From Candidatus Poribacteria bacterium (GTDB taxonomy: Bacteria > Poribacteria > WGA-4E > WGA-3G): a stretch of 64,000 nt of DNA. Below the pieces are notes generated by a model. The model ran no database searches and had not been told where the DNA came from. It saw nothing but the letters and a program-made list of their open reading frames with translations. Shown here in pieces: positions 54,715 to 64,000 of the stretch. Made by a program: the position numbers and the translations under genes. The stretch is from NCBI GenBank assembly GCA_965205025.1, contig CBDBFU010000014.1, positions 352,001 to 416,000 on the forward strand, given 5' to 3'. How positions within the stretch are numbered: position 1 is the first letter of the stretch; every line of letters starts with the position of its first letter.

Positions 54715-55587
54715 ATGAAAGATTGGTGTTATTTATTTGCAGCCAAACTAACTGGTCATTGTGTATCTCTACTTCCCCGAAAGATTTCATTAAAAATTGG
54801 TAATCTTTTAGGTAGTATAGTTTTCAAATTCTCTTCACATCAAAGAAAAATAGCCTATGAAAATATAAGACATAGTTTAAACCTTGATGATGAAAAACTG
54901 GTTAAATTATACATAAAAAGGTGCTATCAAAATTTAGGTAAAACTGCTGTGGAATTCATGCGGTTTCCTAAGACAAGTCAGAAATCAATTCAAGAGTTTG
55001 TTCAGTTTGATGGTATACACCATGTAGAAAACGCATTATCAATCGGTAATGGTGCAATAATTCTAACAGGACATTTCGGGAATTGGGAATTGTTAGCCGC
55101 ATCTATCAGTACAAACATAGCTCCCTTAACACCAATTGTCCGAGAATTACGGTCACCAAGGTTGAACGAATTAGTAACAAAATATAGGAAGAAAGCAGGT
55201 TACTCCACTATTGACAGGAATACAGGGGTTAGAGACGCATTAAGGTGTCTTAGAAGTAACAATCTACTCGGAATCGTAGCTGATGTTGATACAACAGTAA
55301 ATGGTGTTTTCGTTGACTTTTTTGGTAGACCTGCATACACCCCCTATAGTCCGATTGCATTTGCATTAAAGACAGGTGCAGCTATTTTACCATCATTTAT
55401 TATACGACAACCTGATGGTTCACATCAGGCAATTATTGAACCACCGATGGAATTAAGACTGACAGATCAGAAAGAACAAGATATAATTGAGAATACTCAG
55501 AAATTCACTAAAATTATTGAGACTTATATACGAAAATATCCTGAGCAATGGATTTGGATGCATGAACGTTGGAAAACACAGTCATAG
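54715..55587 (+). CDS. Lipid A / lysophospholipid acyltransferase (LpxL/HtrB family)
   Basis: GHFGNWE, VFVDFFG, YPEQWIWMHERWK. Confidence 0.9.
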   Translation: MKDWCYLFAAKLTGHCVSLLPRKISLKIGNLLGSIVFKFSSHQRKIAYENIRHSLNLDDEKLVKLYIKRCYQNLGKTAVEFMRFPKTSQKSIQEFVQFDGIHHVENALSIGNGAIILTGHFGNWELLAASISTNIAPLTPIVRELRSPRLNELVTKYRKKAGYSTIDRNTGVRDALRCLRSNNLLGIVADVDTTVNGVFVDFFGRPAYTPYSPIAFALKTGAAILPSFIIRQPDGSHQAIIEPPMELRLTDQKEQDIIENTQKFTKIIETYIRKYPEQWIWMHERWKTQS

Positions 55588-56158
55588 GAATGTAAACACA
55601 CCTTACCAACAGACGTTTTTGATTAAAATATTGGTAATTGTTCTTCTGAGTTCAATTTCAGTTATTGGATGTAATCGAGAAGATGAAGTAACTATAACAG
55701 ACGATACGGCACCAATTCAACAATTTGAGACTTTTACCACTCAACATAAAGAGGCTGGTGTTTTAAAATGGGAATTGGTTGGGAAGTCATCAGAATTCCA
55801 TGGTACTTTAGTTACGGTAGTGTCACCAGAAGTTGAGATTTATGAAGATGGGAAGATATCTATTACATTGACCAGTCAAATTGGACATTACTATACCGAA
55901 GGGAAAAATAAAGATAATTTATATCTGGTGGGTGATGTAGTTGGTATAAACGAGAATGGTAAGTTATTTACAGAAAAACTACAATGGAGAAATAGGGACG
56001 GTACATTATATTCACCAACTGAAGTAAAAATAGTACGCGGCGATTCAACATGGTATGGAAATAAAATGGTAGGTAATCCAAATCTCGAAACTATCACAAT
56101 GTCTAATAACAGATTTGAACTCTATCCAAAAGACGAGGATATAAATGAAAAGCAGTAA
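55487..56158 (+). CDS. lptC: LPS export protein LptC (true start probably downstream, ~55562)
   Basis: TM anchor then beta-jellyroll (L.GDV...LFTEKLQW...V.I); synteny with lptA/lptB. Confidence 0.75.
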   Translation: MRILRNSLKLLRLIYENILSNGFGCMNVGKHSHRNVNTPYQQTFLIKILVIVLLSSISVIGCNREDEVTITDDTAPIQQFETFTTQHKEAGVLKWELVGKSSEFHGTLVTVVSPEVEIYEDGKISITLTSQIGHYYTEGKNKDNLYLVGDVVGINENGKLFTEKLQWRNRDGTLYSPTEVKIVRGDSTWYGNKMVGNPNLETITMSNNRFELYPKDEDINEKQ

Positions 56159-57029
56159 TTCTACGGCATTATTAAATTTAAAAACAATTTCAAACATAAT
56201 CAACTTTGTATGTTTAAAGATTGCTATTATTCTGGCATTAATCTGTATATTGTCTATTTCTGTTGAAGCTGAGGATTCACCTGTTCCTGATAAGAATGAG
56301 GAAGAAACTGTAAAACCTACTTCCAATGAAAATGATACCCAGTTGGAATCTACTAAAGAGGTAATTACTGGTACATCTGATAGGATGGAAAGAGATCAGA
56401 AAAATGGGATTACAATCCTCATCGGTAATGCCAAGACTGTTCGAAAGAATGAAGAGGACGTCGAAATAGGATTCTTAAATGCAGATAAAATCACACTAAA
56501 AAGTGATCCTGAATCTGGTGAGACTATTGAAATCATCGCTGAAGGAAATGTGGAGATACGGGATCAGGATATGTTTGCTACCTGTGAACATGCTACGATG
56601 AATAATCTTAAAAATATCATTATTCTAAAAGATAAGGTAATCGTTACACAGAATAAAGACAAACTTGAAACAAAATTATTTACTTATAATCGTACTACCG
56701 GTAAGCAAACCGGTGTAGGTGATGTAAAATTTAAAGTCTCAATTACACAAGCCAGTCCAATACAAGAGGAAAACTTAGAAGAACAGAATGATAATTCAGA
56801 TGATGAATCAACTTCAAATGATTCTCAATCTGATAAACCTGATGAAAATCAGAAGAATTCTAAAGACATTCCTGATGAATCTGAAAAACAGGATACATCT
56901 ACTGAAAGTAATACCGAAGCAGATAATAATGATAATACTGAAGAAGATGAATCTGATGAAGAAGAGAAAACGGATGAAGAAGAGAAAACGGATGAAGAGT
57001 CAATTAGCGATGAAACCTCAGAGGATTAA
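56145..57029 (+). CDS. lptA: LptA/OstA-like protein with long acidic C-terminal tail
   Basis: LNADKI, IIAEGNVEI, ATCEHA; synteny. Confidence 0.75.
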   Translation: MKSSNSTALLNLKTISNIINFVCLKIAIILALICILSISVEAEDSPVPDKNEEETVKPTSNENDTQLESTKEVITGTSDRMERDQKNGITILIGNAKTVRKNEEDVEIGFLNADKITLKSDPESGETIEIIAEGNVEIRDQDMFATCEHATMNNLKNIIILKDKVIVTQNKDKLETKLFTYNRTTGKQTGVGDVKFKVSITQASPIQEENLEEQNDNSDDESTSNDSQSDKPDENQKNSKDIPDESEKQDTSTESNTEADNNDNTEEDESDEEEKTDEEEKTDEESISDETSED

Positions 57030-57062
57030 GTTGCTTAATAAATCGTAATAGTTATGTTACAA

Positions 57063-57211
57063 TAACCCAAGTTGCTACTAACGGATTTTGATCGTTTCAA
57101 CACAGTTTTTCATACACTATCCTCACCCCCAGAGGGGTGATATGTCTATAGAAAAGGTATATCAACATTCTGCACTCCAGCGGAGTACTATAATAATGGC
57201 AACTTGGGTTA
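57063..57211. mobile_element. ~150-bp MITE with 18-bp imperfect TIRs enclosing two REP palindromes
   Basis: taacccaagttgctacta / taatggcaacttgggtta; internal cacccccagaggggtg and gcactccagcggagtac. Confidence 0.7.
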
Positions 57212-57367
57212 CAATATAAATTCACTTAAACATTCAATTATTTCTTATGTGAGAGTCTTCTATTTGATGATAATAACTTTATTAAGTACTTAAAAACCAG
57301 ATTTCTTTATCAAACTTAAATTTAGACAGAATATGAATATCAGGTATATGGAGTAACAAATTACAAC

Positions 57368-58114
57368 GTGGGAACAGAATTACAAGCACATAACCTTATT
57401 AAAAAATATACACGACGAGGTCCTATCGTAGTAAATGAAGTGAGTCTTTCAGTTCAACAAGGAGAAATTGTCGGTTTATTAGGTCCAAATGGTGCTGGAA
57501 AATCAACTACATTCTATATGGTTGTTGGATTAATTAAACCCAATTCTGGAAATATTACTTATGGTGAAAGAGATATTACATTTCTACCAATGTACAAAAG
57601 AGCACGATTGGGGATAGGATACCTTTCACAAGAGACATCAATCTTTCGAAAATTGACTGTCCGACAGAACATAGAATCCATCTTAGAAGCACGTGGTATG
57701 CCGAAGAATGAACGTGAAAAAAGAATATACGAATTTACTGATGAGTTAGGTATTTCAAACTTATTAAATCGTAAAGCATATACTCTTTCTGGTGGGGAAT
57801 GTCGTAGAGCAGAAATAGCGCGCGCTCTCGCAGCACAACCTGACTTTATTCTGCTTGATGAACCACTTTCAGGGATTGATCCAATTGCAGTTGCTGACAT
57901 AAAACAGCTCATTTTGCATTTAAGAAATAAAAATTTGGGGATACTTATAACCGATCATAATGCTGTTGAAACTCTCAATATCGTCGATCGCGCTTATCTA
58001 ATAGCTGATGGAAAAATTACATTATCAGGTACGCCAGAAGAACTTCTAAATAGCGAAGTTGCCAGAGAACTTTATTTCGGTCAAAACTTTCATTATGCTA
58101 AAGGGGAGAACTAA
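57368..58114 (+). CDS. lptB: LPS export ABC ATPase
   Basis: GLLGPNGAGKSTTFYM, LPMYKRARLGIGYL, LSGGE, ITDHN. Confidence 0.95.
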   Translation: MGTELQAHNLIKKYTRRGPIVVNEVSLSVQQGEIVGLLGPNGAGKSTTFYMVVGLIKPNSGNITYGERDITFLPMYKRARLGIGYLSQETSIFRKLTVRQNIESILEARGMPKNEREKRIYEFTDELGISNLLNRKAYTLSGGECRRAEIARALAAQPDFILLDEPLSGIDPIAVADIKQLILHLRNKNLGILITDHNAVETLNIVDRAYLIADGKITLSGTPEELLNSEVARELYFGQNFHYAKGEN

Positions 58115-58218
58115 ATTAACTCCAATTTAGCCGTAGTAATCGCTTAAGAATCTCTTTCTCATGGCGTTAGTATAATTCAACCTCTTTGTTTTAACACCTG
58201 AATATGAAGTGATTCATA

Positions 58219-60018
58219 ATGAAAATACAACCGAAACTTACTCAGACTCCCCAGCTAACAAATAAAATCGTCATGACACCAAAGTTGCAACAAGCAATTA
58301 AGGTGCTTATGATGCCTCAGCTTGAGTTACAACAATTTATAGAGCAGGAATTGGAACAGAATCCTCTACTGGATATTGCTGATGACGATGATACATTCCT
58401 TTCTCAGCAAGAATTCGATCCCGCTTCTGAGTGGAATAAGCCTGAAAAAGACATAAATAGAGTGGATACTGATGTAGACATTGATTGGAATACTGTTTTT
58501 GATGATACAACTGAGATTAAACAAGACAATTTATATGAACATAGTGATTCAGATACACCTGAACCAGATATTGCTGATTCAATTACACTACATGATCACC
58601 TTTACCAACAACTGCAACTGGGTCCATTCAATGACACTGAAAGGAATATTGGAGAACTAATAATAGGTAATCTAAATGATGATGGCAAACTCCAATTGAA
58701 ACTGTTTACACTTCCCTATGAGTATAAGAATGACTTGCTTGAAGAAAATATCTCCGATGAACTAAAAAATATAATTTATAATAACCTGTCTTCAACAGTA
58801 TATAAGAATAGATCTACTTCTAAAGACTCAAAAGAAATAAAATATCATATTGAAACAATTGAAAGTAGATCTAATTCTACAGATAATGATAATTTAGAAC
58901 CGAATACATGGAAAATTAAGGATGTAGTAAATAATCTGATTTATACTATTAAGCAGGAAGGTATTGAATTAAATTTCTATCAACTAACTTTAGAAGATAT
59001 TGCAATGGATGCCAAGTGTCTACTTTCTGATGTCGAATCGGTATTAAGTAGAATTCAGGAGACATTTGATCCTGTGGGGATTGCCTACAGAGATTTAAAA
59101 GAAACATTGATGATTCAAATTACCCAACTGGAAATTCAACATCATAAATTCAATGGGGGGATACCTATTGATACAAAGTATCCATTTCAATTGGCGAAGA
59201 TTATTATTGAAGATCATTTAGATGAATTACTTATGGGAAGAATAATGAAAATTGCACAGGAATTGGATGTTGATAAATCAGAAATTCAGATGGCATCCGA
59301 ATTCATCAGTACTTTATCACCCTATCCAGGAAGATATTTTACTGATCCATCAGTAAAGGATTTAGTTAGATCTCCTGAAACAGTACAAGGAATAACACCA
59401 GACGTAAGAATCGTAGAATTTGAAGATCATTATTATGTACTACCGATGGATAATTATATTCCTCGACTGCGGATAAATCCACACTACTTAGATCTAATGC
59501 GTAATGAAAATAATACTTTAGATGAAGAAACAAAAACTTGGATACTAAAAAAATACAATGATGCATCGGATTTGTTAAGTAGTATTACACAACGAGGACG
59601 AACCCTTGAAAGAGTTACAGAGGCTATCTTTGATGTTCAATCAGATTTTTTTACCAATGGACCAAATAGCATTAAACCTCTAACACTTAAAACTGTTGCC
59701 GAAATGGCAGGAGTTCACGAATCAACTGTTAGTAGAGTGACAAGTAACAAATACGTGCAGACACCCATTGGCACTTTTCCTTTGAAATTCTTTTTCAGTA
59801 ATCAATTAGCAACAACACAAGGAAAATCAGTTTCCGCTAAACAAGTAAAGGCTGAAATTAGACAGATGATTAACAAGGAGAATACAGCAAAACCACTTAG
59901 TGATCAGCGTATTAGCGCAGCATTAAAGGAAAAAGGGATCGTTGTCGCAAGACGGACAGTTCAGAAATACCGTGAAGAATTGGGAATTCTGTCTTCACGC
60001 CAAAGAAAAAGGACTTAA
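58219..60018 (+). CDS. rpoN: RNA polymerase sigma-54 factor (with ~98-aa insertion)
   Basis: TPKLQQAIKVL, HESTVSR, PLSDQ, RpoN box ARRTVQKYR. Confidence 0.95.
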   Translation: MKIQPKLTQTPQLTNKIVMTPKLQQAIKVLMMPQLELQQFIEQELEQNPLLDIADDDDTFLSQQEFDPASEWNKPEKDINRVDTDVDIDWNTVFDDTTEIKQDNLYEHSDSDTPEPDIADSITLHDHLYQQLQLGPFNDTERNIGELIIGNLNDDGKLQLKLFTLPYEYKNDLLEENISDELKNIIYNNLSSTVYKNRSTSKDSKEIKYHIETIESRSNSTDNDNLEPNTWKIKDVVNNLIYTIKQEGIELNFYQLTLEDIAMDAKCLLSDVESVLSRIQETFDPVGIAYRDLKETLMIQITQLEIQHHKFNGGIPIDTKYPFQLAKIIIEDHLDELLMGRIMKIAQELDVDKSEIQMASEFISTLSPYPGRYFTDPSVKDLVRSPETVQGITPDVRIVEFEDHYYVLPMDNYIPRLRINPHYLDLMRNENNTLDEETKTWILKKYNDASDLLSSITQRGRTLERVTEAIFDVQSDFFTNGPNSIKPLTLKTVAEMAGVHESTVSRVTSNKYVQTPIGTFPLKFFFSNQLATTQGKSVSAKQVKAEIRQMINKENTAKPLSDQRISAALKEKGIVVARRTVQKYREELGILSSRQRKRT

Positions 60019-60217
60019 TGGCTATATATAAAAATAAACATAAACTTTACGTGAGAAAAACTCAACTGTTTTATTCACTAATTTTGCTTTCACAGTCAAG
60101 GTCGGGGCGGTTTCTAACCACACCGGAGGTTCTACATAGTCAGTGTTTATAGATAGCTACTTGAGTTATTATTTAGTGTGAACTATACTCAAATAACTAA
60201 CATATTAGGAGACATAC

Positions 60218-60775
60218 ATGAAAATTACATATACAGGACATCAACTGAAGATCACTGACGATATACACAATTACATTATTAATCGAGCAGAAAAAATAGA
60301 ATCACGCTTCAGTGAAATGCAGGAGTTTAATGTCATTCTCAAATCTGAAAAGCATCGTTTTGAGGCAGAAACTATTGTAACTGCACCACGTGTATCGTTT
60401 TATGCCAAGAATACTACACATGACCTTAGAACTGCATTTGATGGTGCCGTTGAGAAAGTTATCAGTCAAATAAGAAAAAACAAGGAACGAGTAAAAGACA
60501 GACGACATAATGCACCACATCGTGAGGTAGTGGCACAATTAAATCCGGAATCAGATGATACCCATTCTGATATAGACACTGGAGATGAACCTACTGTTGT
60601 TCCTGCATCTGAAAAATTCGCTGCAAAACCACTTACTGTTAATGAAGCAGTGGCTGAATTGCATACTTCTGGAGATTCATTACTTATGTTCCTTAACTCT
60701 GATACTCGTCAGGTTAACCTACTTTATCAATCTGATGATGGAGCATATGGTTGGGTTGAACCATCTTTTACCTAA
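60218..60775 (+). CDS. hpf: Ribosome hibernation factor (long HPF/RaiA)
   Basis: S30AE N-domain plus C-terminal KPLTVNEAV...NLLY..DDG.YG; follows rpoN. Confidence 0.9.
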   Translation: MKITYTGHQLKITDDIHNYIINRAEKIESRFSEMQEFNVILKSEKHRFEAETIVTAPRVSFYAKNTTHDLRTAFDGAVEKVISQIRKNKERVKDRRHNAPHREVVAQLNPESDDTHSDIDTGDEPTVVPASEKFAAKPLTVNEAVAELHTSGDSLLMFLNSDTRQVNLLYQSDDGAYGWVEPSFT

Positions 60776-60974
60776 GACCACAAGAATTCCATCAGTTAAG
60801 TTTATCTCATAAATAGTCTAAAGGATGGCAAGATTTTATTAATAATCAGAAAATTGTAATATTGATTGGTGGTTTTGTCTTTAGATACATTGAGAATCCT
60901 ACTATTTGTGGGATAAACATTACTCTCATTAAACATTACACTCTATAACAGTATTGGTGATTTCAGGAATTAAT

Positions 60975-63632
60975 ATGAAAAATCTTCCAAAGATCTACGA
61001 CCCTCAAGATATAGAGGGTAAATGGTATCAATTTTGGGAAGAGAAAAGATATTTTCACGCTGAATCTATATCAGATAAACCTTCCTATACAATAGTTATC
61101 CCACCACCCAATATTACAGGTATCCTACACGTAGGACACGCCTTAAATAATACACTCCAGGATTGTCTCATTCGATGGCATCGTATGAATGGCTTCAACG
61201 TTCTTTGGTTACCTGGTACAGATCATGCAGGTATTTACACAGAATTAATTATGGAGCGAAAACTCGCTGAAGAAGGTACAAGCAGAAATGAACTCGGACG
61301 AGATGAGTTCATTAATCGAATGTGGCAGTGGAAGTCTGAATCTGCTGGTTATATTGTTTCACAATTACAGCAACTCGGATGTTCTTGCGACTGGGAACGA
61401 GGACGTTTTACACTCGATGAAGGATTGTCTAAAGCAGTTAAAACAGCTTTTGTAAAACTATATGAGCAGGATCTCATATACCAAGATACATATATGGTCA
61501 ATTGGTGTCCACACTGTGATACTGCTGTCAGCAACCTTGAGGTAGAACAGATCGAAATTGATGGTAATTTCTATCATATACAATATCCTGTGGTAGATTC
61601 TGACATATTGCTTGAAATAGCAACCACACGGCCAGAGACTATGTTAGGGGATACTGCAGTAGCCGTTCATCCTGAGGATCAACGGTATCAACATCTCATT
61701 GGAAAGACTGTATGTCTTCCTTTATCGAATAGAGAAGTGCCTATTATTTCAGATTCGTATGTTGACATGGAATTTGGCACTGGTGCACTAAAGGTTACAC
61801 CCGCACATGATGTAAACGATTATGAAATAGGTCTGAGACATAATCTTGAACAACGTGTCATTTTTACTACAGATGGATATATGAATGAGGATGCTGGTCA
61901 AGAATATACCGGTTTGTCACGTTTTGATTGTCGTCAAAAAGTAGTTGAGGATTTAGAGAAGTTAGATTATCTGGTTAAGATTACTCCTCATCCACACGCG
62001 GTCGGACATCATGACAGATGTGGTACAATTATTGAACCAACTATTTCTCCACAATGGTATATGAATGTTAAACCACTTGCACAACGAGCAATCGAAGCAA
62101 CTAAAAATGGTGATGTAAAATTTATTCCTGAACGAGAGACTAAGCGGTTTTTACATTGGATGGAGAATATTGAACCATGGCCTATTTCACGGCAGAGATG
62201 GTGGGGACACAGACTACCAATCTGGTTTTGTAAGGCATGTGAAAAATCTACAGCAGCAATGGATAAACCTAAAAAATGTGAATGTGGAGGAACTGAATTC
62301 CGTCAGGAAGAAGACGTCTTAGATACCTGGTTCAGTTCAGGATTATGGCCCTTCTCTACTATGGGGTGGCCCCAGAAGACCGATGAGTTGCAGACGTTCT
62401 ATCCAACTTCTGTTCTTGTTACAGGATGGGACATACTCTTTTTCTGGGTAGCAAGGATGATTATGTTTGGACTAGCATGTACGGATGAAGTGCCATTCAA
62501 AACTGTATATCTTCATGGACTTGTAGCTGATGAAAAAGGACAAAAAATGAGCAAATCCAAAGGGAATGCTATTGATCCTTTGGAGACTATAAAAAAATAT
62601 GGTACAGATGCTTTCCGGTTTGCACTCGTAAATGCAAATACTCCAATTCCTTATGTTCCTTTACCTGAATCACAAATTGAATCTGGCAGGAGATTTACAA
62701 ACAAGATATGGAATGCTGCTCGATTTATACTCATGAATTTGGAAAAATACCCACTACCAAGTGAAAATTTGGATTCCTTTGATGAAGATTTCCTTGAAGT
62801 TAAATGGATCAAGAGTAGAATTGCTCAAACTATAAATTCAGCCACAGATGCATTTGAGAACTATAGATTTCATGAATTAGCACAAACTCTCTATGCATTT
62901 CTATGGCATGAATTCTGCGATTGGTACTTGGAGTTTGTTAAGCAACGGATTGCAAACAATCAACCGTACGCCTTATGGATAGCAGTAGTTGTATTAGAGC
63001 AAACAATGAGACTACTACATCCTGTAATGCCATTTCTAACTGAGGAAATATGGCAACAGTTACCAAAAGATAGTGATGAAAACGGTAGGAACATTAAACC
63101 ATCGGTAACAGTAGCTGAATGGCCAAAATCTGATATTGAAGATACTAATACAGAGGAAACAATGAACACTCTAATGAATGTGATTGATAACATTAGAAGT
63201 ATTCGAGGCGAATTAAATGTTCCTAATGGAGCATCAATTGATGTACATATACAGTCTCCTGATCCAATTGTTAGAAATCACCTTGATTCATATCTTAATC
63301 AGTATTTGCCTGCTTTTACCCGAGTAAACGACATTGTAATATCTGAGTCTTTACCTAAACCAAAAGCATCCGCAGAAGCTGTCATTGGGGATCTTGCAAT
63401 CTACATTCCACTTGAGGGTGTGATTGATCTCGATGAAGAAAAAACACGATTGTCTAAACGCTATCAACAGATTCAAAAAGATATCAAGGCTGCCCAAAAG
63501 ACTTTAGAAAATCCACAGTTTATCGAACGAGCACCTGAAAACGTTGTTCAACAGAAAAAGGACTTAGTTGACAGGCTGTCAACAGAACAGGATAAATTAG
63601 AACGGAGTCTTGCTATGTTAGATACTTCCTAA
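60975..63632 (+). CDS. valS: Valyl-tRNA synthetase (start reassigned to ATG 60975)
   Basis: PPPNITGILHVGHAL, ATTRPET, KMSKSKGN, C-terminal coiled coil. Confidence 0.97.
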   Translation: MKNLPKIYDPQDIEGKWYQFWEEKRYFHAESISDKPSYTIVIPPPNITGILHVGHALNNTLQDCLIRWHRMNGFNVLWLPGTDHAGIYTELIMERKLAEEGTSRNELGRDEFINRMWQWKSESAGYIVSQLQQLGCSCDWERGRFTLDEGLSKAVKTAFVKLYEQDLIYQDTYMVNWCPHCDTAVSNLEVEQIEIDGNFYHIQYPVVDSDILLEIATTRPETMLGDTAVAVHPEDQRYQHLIGKTVCLPLSNREVPIISDSYVDMEFGTGALKVTPAHDVNDYEIGLRHNLEQRVIFTTDGYMNEDAGQEYTGLSRFDCRQKVVEDLEKLDYLVKITPHPHAVGHHDRCGTIIEPTISPQWYMNVKPLAQRAIEATKNGDVKFIPERETKRFLHWMENIEPWPISRQRWWGHRLPIWFCKACEKSTAAMDKPKKCECGGTEFRQEEDVLDTWFSSGLWPFSTMGWPQKTDELQTFYPTSVLVTGWDILFFWVARMIMFGLACTDEVPFKTVYLHGLVADEKGQKMSKSKGNAIDPLETIKKYGTDAFRFALVNANTPIPYVPLPESQIESGRRFTNKIWNAARFILMNLEKYPLPSENLDSFDEDFLEVKWIKSRIAQTINSATDAFENYRFHELAQTLYAFLWHEFCDWYLEFVKQRIANNQPYALWIAVVVLEQTMRLLHPVMPFLTEEIWQQLPKDSDENGRNIKPSVTVAEWPKSDIEDTNTEETMNTLMNVIDNIRSIRGELNVPNGASIDVHIQSPDPIVRNHLDSYLNQYLPAFTRVNDIVISESLPKPKASAEAVIGDLAIYIPLEGVIDLDEEKTRLSKRYQQIQKDIKAAQKTLENPQFIERAPENVVQQKKDLVDRLSTEQDKLERSLAMLDTS

Positions 63633-63715
63633 TATAATCGTCTATGTATTCGTGTATTTTCACAAGAGATTTAGTGTACCTACAACACACTATTATAGTT
63701 TAAACAATTTAAGGT

Positions 63716-64000
63716 ATGGATGATATGGCTATAGAAGACAATAATAAGTGCTTTGTTTGCGGTGAAAATAATCCGTATGGATTTAAGGTCAAACCCCAAG
63801 TTCGAGATAGTGGGGCAGAAGTATTTATTGAATGCACTCCTCCTAATCACATGCAGGGTTGGGCGGGTATTCTTCATGGCGGAATTATCAGTACTCTATT
63901 AGATGAAGTTATTACACACATAGGTATAGAGTCATTTTCAGGTCCTGCGGTAACTGCTCAGCTTGAAGTTCGTTTTCGTAAGCCTGCTCCAACAGGAGTT
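63716..64000 (+). CDS. PaaI-family thioesterase (runs off the window end)
   Basis: CFVCGENNPYG...GWAGILHGGIISTLLDE...VTAQLEVRFRKP. Confidence 0.85.
   Translation, partial: MDDMAIEDNNKCFVCGENNPYGFKVKPQVRDSGAEVFIECTPPNHMQGWAGILHGGIISTLLDEVITHIGIESFSGPAVTAQLEVRFRKPAPTGV

Noticed and set aside
56940-57000. 18-bp tandem repeat in the lptA tail
   Set aside because: Ordinary low-complexity acidic tail (DEEEKT twice)
58693-58986. Intein in RpoN
   Set aside because: No N-terminal C/S or C-terminal HN-C/S/T motifs
60776-60974. T-box upstream of valS
   Set aside because: No GGTGGNACCGCG-like motif seen
1-64000. tRNA/rRNA genes, integrases, transposases, reverse transcriptases, phage genes
   Set aside because: None recognised; the remaining short ORFs in the track overlap confident genes

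Overview
AT-rich (mostly ~35-40% GC by eye) bacterial chromosomal segment from an LPS-producing diderm. The combination of several sulfatases, PhyH dioxygenases, Gfo/Idh/MocA and lpt genes suggests a Poribacteria-like lineage (inference only). Core blocks: a sulfatase/carbohydrate cluster (0.3-11.7 kb), rimP-nusA-ylxR-infB-ylxP-rbfA-nrnA-ribF, CCA enzyme and envelope genes, infC-rpmI-rplT-[Phe T-box]-pheST-ubiE, and lpxL-lptCAB-rpoN-hpf-valS. A variable region at ~25.5-46.1 kb holds a DNA methyltransferase-HNH fusion, a small gene plus a clan-CD (caspase/gingipain-like) peptidase, decayed HicAB and T5orf172 genes, nested MITE/REP repeats, and an AAA-PD(D/E)XK gene between an HDAC gene and a duplicate of its 3' end. 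The best novelty candidate is a tandem pair of DUF262 (GmrS/SspE-like) genes whose HNH region looks degenerate; the second is fused to seven ribosomal-protein-S1-like domains, three of them a recent 264-bp tandem amplification. Several essential genes carry single-base homopolymer indels, which are probably assembly errors.
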